This document shows positions 58,900-64,000 of a stretch of 64,000 nt of DNA, piece after piece. This DNA comes from an uncultured virus (IMG/VR IMGVR_UViG_3300046810_000373) (lineage: Duplodnaviria > Heunggongvirae > Uroviricota > Caudoviricetes > Schitoviridae), in IMG/VR virus record IMGVR_UViG_3300046810_000373. The stretch is one strand, 5' to 3'. The notes beneath the pieces are model-generated. The model was not told where the DNA came from, ran no database searches, and was given only the letters and a program-made list of their open reading frames with translations. The translations under genes were made by a program, and so were the position numbers. Positions within the stretch are counted from its first letter, which is position 1. Each line of letters opens with the position of its first letter.

Positions 58900-59211
58900 A
58901 TGCCTAAAAGCAAAGCAGACATTCTTGACGAGATCACCTGTGCTCTCGAAGAGAACGGCTATGCACACATGGCCAATGTTGGCGGCATCGCTTCGATACT
59001 GAAAGAACTCGACGATGCTAAGTCAGCGCTCGCTGATATGGTGGATGCATTCCTGGCACGCCATGGATGCTTTCCACTCGATCGATGCACTCCTGAACAG
59101 CGCCTCTACAATGAGGCCATGCTGAAAGCATATGAGCTGGTCGGATCTCCGTATTCGGAGCTTCGCGCCACCATCATCGCAGCAGCTACCAGAAATGCTG
59201 TGCAATCATGA
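58900..59211 (+). CDS. Hypothetical protein
   Basis: GAGGA RBS before ATG 58900; ATGA-coupled to the next gene. Confidence 0.6.
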   Translation: MPKSKADILDEITCALEENGYAHMANVGGIASILKELDDAKSALADMVDAFLARHGCFPLDRCTPEQRLYNEAMLKAYELVGSPYSELRATIIAAATRNAVQS

Positions 59212-59591
59212 GGGATGAACTCTTCGTCCTCTTCACGGGGATCTATCTACTGATCATCCTGTGCATGTCCTTCTGGGCACTCACTAACACCGATCCAGAG
59301 GTCAAATCTTTTGACGATCTCTGGATCAACAATCTGCTCGACAACAGTCTGTTCAGCTCTTTTCGCGGGCTATCGACTGCAAACGCAGCGCTCGAACAGC
59401 CCATCAACAGCTCGAATTACTCTCGATCGGACGCTGAGGGCATCGAGGACAAGAACATGTTCTTCACGATCTATTTCAAACAAGACGGACAATGGGTCCT
59501 GGTTGACTGTGGTTTACCCATGCAGGCAGCCGCGGATCTGTGTGTCCAGCTCGAGGCCGGCGGCCATGAGATCAGAGTGGAGCTATCCTAG
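59208..59591 (+). CDS. Hypothetical protein (internal start at 59457 possible)
   Basis: N-terminal TM segment; second GAGGA-ATG inside the ORF. Confidence 0.45.
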   Translation: MRDELFVLFTGIYLLIILCMSFWALTNTDPEVKSFDDLWINNLLDNSLFSSFRGLSTANAALEQPINSSNYSRSDAEGIEDKNMFFTIYFKQDGQWVLVDCGLPMQAAADLCVQLEAGGHEIRVELS

Positions 59592-59606
59592 CTCCTCTCG
59601 TCTCGG

Positions 59607-59626
59607 GCCGCTGCGCGGCTTTTGGA
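59607..59626 (+). promoter_or_regulatory. N4-type vRNAP hairpin promoter 2
   Basis: GCCGC-TGC-GCGGC-TTTT-GGA, same architecture as 57773. Confidence 0.85.
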
Positions 59627-59784
59627 CCATCTTTGATCCACCAATCAGCGGGTTAGCTGTGGGCCGTCTGTGACGCTGGCCAGCACGGGCCACAGACCTC
59701 TCGAAGAAGTAGCGGTTCGACTCCGCACGGCCCACTGCCAACCCGCTGATTGCTCTCTTCGCTCTCTCACAAGGAACCAACATC

Positions 59785-60009
59785 ATGCATATGGGCCATC
59801 GCCTCATCTCCCTGCTCTCGGGCCTTGGCCTGATCGGCATGGGGGAACGTCTTTTCCCGGCAGTCTCCAATCCCATGGAGATGGAAACCCGGTATCGCAT
59901 CCCGACCGGGAAGATTTACGCCAGCCGGTCTCGCTACACGCCGGGCGGGCCACACCGCAATTGCGGCGATCGTGGCATCTCGCCCAAGTCGTTAATCCGC
60001 ACGGTCTAG
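59785..60009 (+). CDS. Hypothetical protein
   Basis: AAGGA RBS; downstream of promoter 2. Confidence 0.55.
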   Translation: MHMGHRLISLLSGLGLIGMGERLFPAVSNPMEMETRYRIPTGKIYASRSRYTPGGPHRNCGDRGISPKSLIRTV

Positions 60010-60011
60010 CC

Positions 60012-60146
60012 ATGGACCAGCAGACAATCACATCTGAGCTTTCACTCGATGACGCCATGCGTCTCATAAGCTCAGATAATACCAGAGATAATCTCTTCGA
60101 TTATATCGAAGGGTTATACGATGAGGATGATCTCATCGTCGACTAA
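60012..60146 (+). CDS. Small acidic hypothetical protein
   Basis: ATG two bases after the previous stop; 44 aa. Confidence 0.4.
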   Translation: MDQQTITSELSLDDAMRLISSDNTRDNLFDYIEGLYDEDDLIVD

Positions 60147-60228
60147 AGAGCTGACAATAACGCCAGCTCTATTCCATCCCAAACCATGCGCTACCACGCA
60201 TCTCAAACGATCTCGAAAGGATCATGTC

Positions 60229-60633
60229 ATGGGTATTCTCGATTTCACGATTCCCGCCAACAAGCCGGCTGCGAACACCTCGGGCCAGCGCAACGATCGG
60301 CCGAAGGCCAAGCTCTGGCTGAACATCGGCTATGAGAGCAACGGCAAGTTCGTCAACCTGCCCGTCGGTCTCCCGATCGACACCATGGAGGGCGTCAAGG
60401 CCACCGGCCAGAACGAAGACTGGATCAAGTTCCAGTCGGCGCGCAATGGCCTCATGGAGGCTCTCCAGAAGTTCGGCTCCCAGCTCACGCCGGGCCAGGA
60501 GGTCGACGTCCCGAATCTGATCATCCGTCTGCGCTCGGTCAACGAGGAGACGGTGGTCGATGCGGCCACCAATGAATACGCCATCGATCTCTCGGCGATG
60601 TTCAAGGCAAGCCAGGCGCAGGCGGCCGAGTAG
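60229..60633 (+). CDS. N4 gp2-like ssDNA-binding RNAPII transcription activator (Drc-like)
   Basis: KAKLWLNIGY..FVNLPVGLPIDTM..SARNGL..L.PG; early position. Confidence 0.8.
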   Translation: MGILDFTIPANKPAANTSGQRNDRPKAKLWLNIGYESNGKFVNLPVGLPIDTMEGVKATGQNEDWIKFQSARNGLMEALQKFGSQLTPGQEVDVPNLIIRLRSVNEETVVDAATNEYAIDLSAMFKASQAQAAE

Positions 60634-60664
60634 GCGCGTACTACCTGCGGCAAGCTGTGCCTGC

Positions 60665-60709
60665 GAGGAGGATCAGGGAGTTATTCCCCTGATCCTCCTC
60701 TATTTTTTC
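60665..60709 (+). terminator. Intrinsic terminator
   Basis: GAGGAGGATCAGGG-agttattc-CCCTGATCCTCCTC then TATTTTTT. Confidence 0.88.
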
Positions 60710-60737
60710 TCTCGATAGATAGGCAGGAGCCAGGAAC

Positions 60738-61199
60738 ATGAAGACCAACGAAGAACTCCAGATCACCCGGGCCGAGCGTCTCGCTCTGCTGAACACCAGG
60801 GCGCTGCTACGGGATCCGTTCGTGCCTCTGAGTTCCGATCGCGCCGAGCTCGGGCTCGGCGTGTCCTTCAATATGAGCGCCTCATCCGAGATCTACGAAT
60901 GTGGTACTGCCATGTGCATCGGCGGCTTCATGAAGCTATTCATGCTGGGAGCAAAGCCAACCAGTAAAGGGGTTTATAATATAACCCCTAAGCGTGAAGA
61001 ACTGATCGACAAGTATGTCCTGAGCCATGAGCCCTTTTTTACCAGTCGTCCCAATTCCAATAGGCCAATCGCTAAACTGTTCTATCCACCCGACGAGCTT
61101 ACACCTTGGTCGAATATCACCAAGGAGATGGCAATCAAGGCCATCGACAACTTCCTGAAGACCGGTAAGCCGGATTGGATGAGGGCTGCGGGTCGATGA
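60738..61199 (+). CDS. Hypothetical protein
   Basis: AGGA RBS; FNM...CGTAMCIGG and ITKEMAIKAIDNFLKTG motifs typical of small phage proteins. Confidence 0.65.
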   Translation: MKTNEELQITRAERLALLNTRALLRDPFVPLSSDRAELGLGVSFNMSASSEIYECGTAMCIGGFMKLFMLGAKPTSKGVYNITPKREELIDKYVLSHEPFFTSRPNSNRPIAKLFYPPDELTPWSNITKEMAIKAIDNFLKTGKPDWMRAAGR

Positions 61200-61396
61200 A
61201 ATCCAGCCTCTACGACATCGAGGTCTACATTCACCACCAGACCGAAAAAGCCTGGCTAGTCTCATTGGAGGGTGAGACCAAAGTCTGGATCCCCAAGAGC
61301 CAGGGCGAAATGGAGCAGAAGCTAACAAGCGGTCTGCACCCGGTCTGGATCCTCACGGCGCCTGAGCCCCTGCTCATCGAGAAGGGCCTGGTCTGA
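61196..61396 (+). CDS. Small phage protein
   Basis: TEKAWLV..VWIPKSQ..IEKGLV; ATGA coupling. Confidence 0.7.
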   Translation: MKSSLYDIEVYIHHQTEKAWLVSLEGETKVWIPKSQGEMEQKLTSGLHPVWILTAPEPLLIEKGLV

Positions 61397-61412
61397 ACCA
61401 AGGAACACCATC

Positions 61413-61793
61413 ATGAAAGCCTATATCGTCGAGATCCGACGCTTCAAAGATCACAAAGAGCACTCAGCAATTCTGATCCTTTTCGGTGCCGATCGAAAGG
61501 CAATCATTGCTGGCGTCACTGCCCTAGGGGAAGAATTCTCATGGGTCAGCATCGAGCCGGCGCCCTGGATGAACAAGCCTGTGGGATCCAAGGCCGAAGG
61601 CAAAGGCGAGCTCGTCGCTGCACCTCAGTCCCTGCCGGTCTACGTGCCGGCCGGCTACAAGCTCGTTCCGATCCATCTATCGTTCACATCCCAGATCGCT
61701 GGCCGTGACGCGCTCGACGAAACCGATCCGGAAGCCAGCTTCTCAACCGACCAGGTTGTTGCCTGCTGGGATGCCATCCTGAAGCAGCTCTGA
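61413..61793 (+). CDS. Hypothetical protein
   Basis: AAGGA RBS. Confidence 0.6.
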   Translation: MKAYIVEIRRFKDHKEHSAILILFGADRKAIIAGVTALGEEFSWVSIEPAPWMNKPVGSKAEGKGELVAAPQSLPVYVPAGYKLVPIHLSFTSQIAGRDALDETDPEASFSTDQVVACWDAILKQL

Positions 61794-61959
61794 TTATCTT
61801 AAGGGATTAGAGACATTATCTCTGATCCCTTATAATTATTTAGGGATGATAGCCCCTTCAAAGTCGGAAAAGTTGATTCGAGTTTCAACTCGTGCTTAAT
61901 CTGACTAAATCCTATTTCCCACTTTCCTTGATAATCCGGCTATAAAGGACCTTAAATCC

Positions 61960-62232
61960 ATGGCCCATCGAAAATGCACCATTTGCGGCCAGGATATCGT
62001 CCTCATGCCGCCAGCTTCCGAGCGCGCCAAGAAGGATCTCTCTGGCAACTCGGCTCAGTATTATCTCGACCTCTTTCCGGACCACCCGGAATGTGTCGTC
62101 TCCAAGCGGAGCCAGGAGAGTCGAGACCTGATGGCTCGCATCTCAGGCGCCAACCCCACTCACGTCATCCTCGACGTCAAGTACGACGAGATCCCCCTTG
62201 AGCAGCGCCTGCGCCACGCTCGGGCCCATTGA
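61960..62232 (+). CDS. Hypothetical protein with CxxC...HxxC motif
   Basis: AAGGA RBS; CTICG..HPEC. Confidence 0.6.
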   Translation: MAHRKCTICGQDIVLMPPASERAKKDLSGNSAQYYLDLFPDHPECVVSKRSQESRDLMARISGANPTHVILDVKYDEIPLEQRLRHARAH

Positions 62233-62244
62233 GGAACCAGCACC

Positions 62245-62499
62245 ATGAACATCGAGAACGAAAAGTTCTTCAAGAGCATCAATCAAGCCTGGCCCTGGAT
62301 CGGCTTCTTTGCGATCGCACTCTGGGTGATCCAGATGGCTGGTTACGGCCTCGACAACACTGACGCCAGCGCAACCAATCGCTCCGGCATGTCCCTTCAT
62401 CGGGATAACCTCACCGGCTGCGAATATCTCAGCACCAAGAACGGCGGCATCACCCCTCGCCTGACTAGCGCCGGGATCCACATGGGATGCCGGTCATGA
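62245..62499 (+). CDS. Small membrane-anchored protein
   Basis: GAGGA RBS; TM segment; DNLTGCEYL..GGITPRL. Confidence 0.65.
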   Translation: MNIENEKFFKSINQAWPWIGFFAIALWVIQMAGYGLDNTDASATNRSGMSLHRDNLTGCEYLSTKNGGITPRLTSAGIHMGCRS

Positions 62500-63791
62500 G
62501 TGAAAGTCACAAGGTCACGACGAAAACCCTCGCTTCATTCGAAGAAGCGGCAAAGCAATGGGAGGGCGCTCCTTACCCTCTCGGCAAAATTATCATCAAC
62601 GGGAAATTCGCCCGTTACACCGATGCCGACACAGACAATGCCTGGATAGGCTTTCAATGGGCCTTGAAGACAACTCCTGAGCCGTTCCAGCAGCGTGTTC
62701 AACCCTGGTTGCATACCTGCTTCGGTGTCGAGATCTCCTCGGACATCATCGAGCGCAACCACCGCTTTCTCGAGGAGGCTATCGAGCTCGTGCAGTCCAC
62801 CGGCTGCACAGCCAGCGAGGCGCATCAGCTCGTGGATTACGTCTTCGGCCGACCGGTCGGAGAACCCAATCAGGAGAGTGGCGGTGTCTCGGTAACTCAT
62901 GCTGCGCTCTGTCTCGCCGCTGGCCTGGATATGCACGCGGCCGCCGAAACCGAGCTCACTCGCATCTGGACCAAGGTCGAGGCGATCCGGGCAAAGCAGG
63001 CTACCAAGCCCAAGCATTCGCCATTGCCTGCTCATGCCAGCCCACCGCCCGCAGCGCTTGGGGTCGAGGAGGTGGCGCGCGAGAACCCGCACGTTCTGGC
63101 CAAAACGGTGCGCGAAGTGAAGGCGCAGGTTGTCAGGGCGTTCGAGGGTAAGAGCGCCAGCACGAAGCGCGACTTGAACGAGGCCGCTCACAAGCTCGAA
63201 TTCGTCGCCAAGGCTGTCGAGGCTTTCGCCCTCCCCCAGCCCTCGCCCGAGGTCGCGGCAGCCCCGAGCGTGAGCGGGGTGCGGGAGGCGGTGAACGAGT
63301 TGGTGCGATACTCGATGGGCTCCACCAAAGGATATGATGAGCTGTTATTGCAAATGCAGTTAGCCGGCATTCGTGATCGTGCTAGGGCTGTCGTCGCCTC
63401 CTTCGCCAGCGAAGCCACCCCTGTCGCGGGGGAGGCGGAGGCTGAATTCTGGTGCCGTATGATGGGTCAAGCTATAGATGCGCTTGATGAAATAGCCGGC
63501 TGGGACGACGCCAGGCCCGGCGAACTGCAGACATGGGCAGAGAGTGCGGCCGGGACAATCCGCCAATTGTACAAGCAGCCCCGCGCCACCCCACCCGTCC
63601 CGGTCAATGTAGCCAAGTTGGCGATTGAGGCGTTGAGGAAGTCGGCCGACGCCTTCAAGGTGATCCAGACCCTCGATAGCCACGGCGCGAGTGACCAGAC
63701 ATATATCAACTGGCTGCGATCGTGCGCGAGGGAAGCCGAGTTACAGGCGCGTGAGATTCTCGCCGCCATCCGCGCGAAGGAGACGACATGA
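62496..63791 (+). CDS. Mosaic hypothetical protein with an internal MazG-like helical domain
   Basis: ERNHRFLEEAIELVQ..YVFGRPVGEPNQESGGV..AAAETEL. Confidence 0.6.
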   Translation: MSESHKVTTKTLASFEEAAKQWEGAPYPLGKIIINGKFARYTDADTDNAWIGFQWALKTTPEPFQQRVQPWLHTCFGVEISSDIIERNHRFLEEAIELVQSTGCTASEAHQLVDYVFGRPVGEPNQESGGVSVTHAALCLAAGLDMHAAAETELTRIWTKVEAIRAKQATKPKHSPLPAHASPPPAALGVEEVARENPHVLAKTVREVKAQVVRAFEGKSASTKRDLNEAAHKLEFVAKAVEAFALPQPSPEVAAAPSVSGVREAVNELVRYSMGSTKGYDELLLQMQLAGIRDRARAVVASFASEATPVAGEAEAEFWCRMMGQAIDALDEIAGWDDARPGELQTWAESAAGTIRQLYKQPRATPPVPVNVAKLAIEALRKSADAFKVIQTLDSHGASDQTYINWLRSCAREAELQAREILAAIRAKETT

Positions 63792-64000
63792 GCGCGAAGT
63801 TCTATGCCGGCATTGGCTCGAGAGAAACACCCGAGCACATCCAGGCCATCATGCACCACTGTGCGGCCTTCTTGTACGGTCAGGGCTGGCATCTCCGCTC
63901 TGGAGGTGCCGACGGCGCCGACCGCTCCTTCGAGGCTGGCCACGACTTCATCAAGGGCCAGCACGAGGACCTCGACAAGAAGGAGATCTTCCTTCCCTGG
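63788..64000 (+). CDS. SLOG/DprA-like protein, 3' truncated
   Basis: Manual translation MSAKFYAGIGSRETP..LRSGGADGADRSFEAG..EIFLPW; not in the ORF track. Confidence 0.8.
   Translation, partial: MSAKFYAGIGSRETPEHIQAIMHHCAAFLYGQGWHLRSGGADGADRSFEAGHDFIKGQHEDLDKKEIFLPW

Larger units (their letters stand above)
1..64000. mobile_element. N4-like (Schitoviridae) phage genome, partial and circularly permuted; probable phage-plasmid
   Basis: Giant vRNAP, family A DNA polymerase, primase, SSB, capsid, portal and terminase in N4 gene order; hairpin vRNAP promoters; no host housekeeping genes seen. Confidence 0.96.

Noticed and set aside
1..64000. Alternative genetic code or stop-codon recoding
   Set aside because: All core genes are full length under the standard bacterial code

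Overview
The window covers most of an N4-like (Schitoviridae) phage genome. The host is probably an alphaproteobacterium, inferred from the DUF3768, HTH-Rep and ParA gene types. The order is circularly permuted: middle and replication genes (1-23.9 kb, mostly +), late/virion genes (24.2-56.8 kb, -) including a 3565-aa virion RNA polymerase, the probable end/start junction (~57.2-57.8 kb), then early genes (+) led by two N4-type hairpin promoters. RNAPII subunit genes are not in the window. Unusual for a normally lytic family: (1) a ~5-kb plasmid-type island between DNA polymerase and the gp42-like nuclease, with ParA, a small partner gene, an HTH Rep-like gene with a candidate counter-transcribed RNA, and DUF3768, suggesting a phage-plasmid; (2) a phage-encoded H-NS; (3) recurring AT-rich islands of ATTATC/GATAAT, often paired exactly 12 bp apart, found even inside coding genes and in terminator loops; (4) a promoter- and terminator-bounded structured sRNA candidate; (5) a three-domain protein resembling stacked anti-defence nucleotide-signal sponges. 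All family calls come from reading motifs and synteny by eye; no searches were run.
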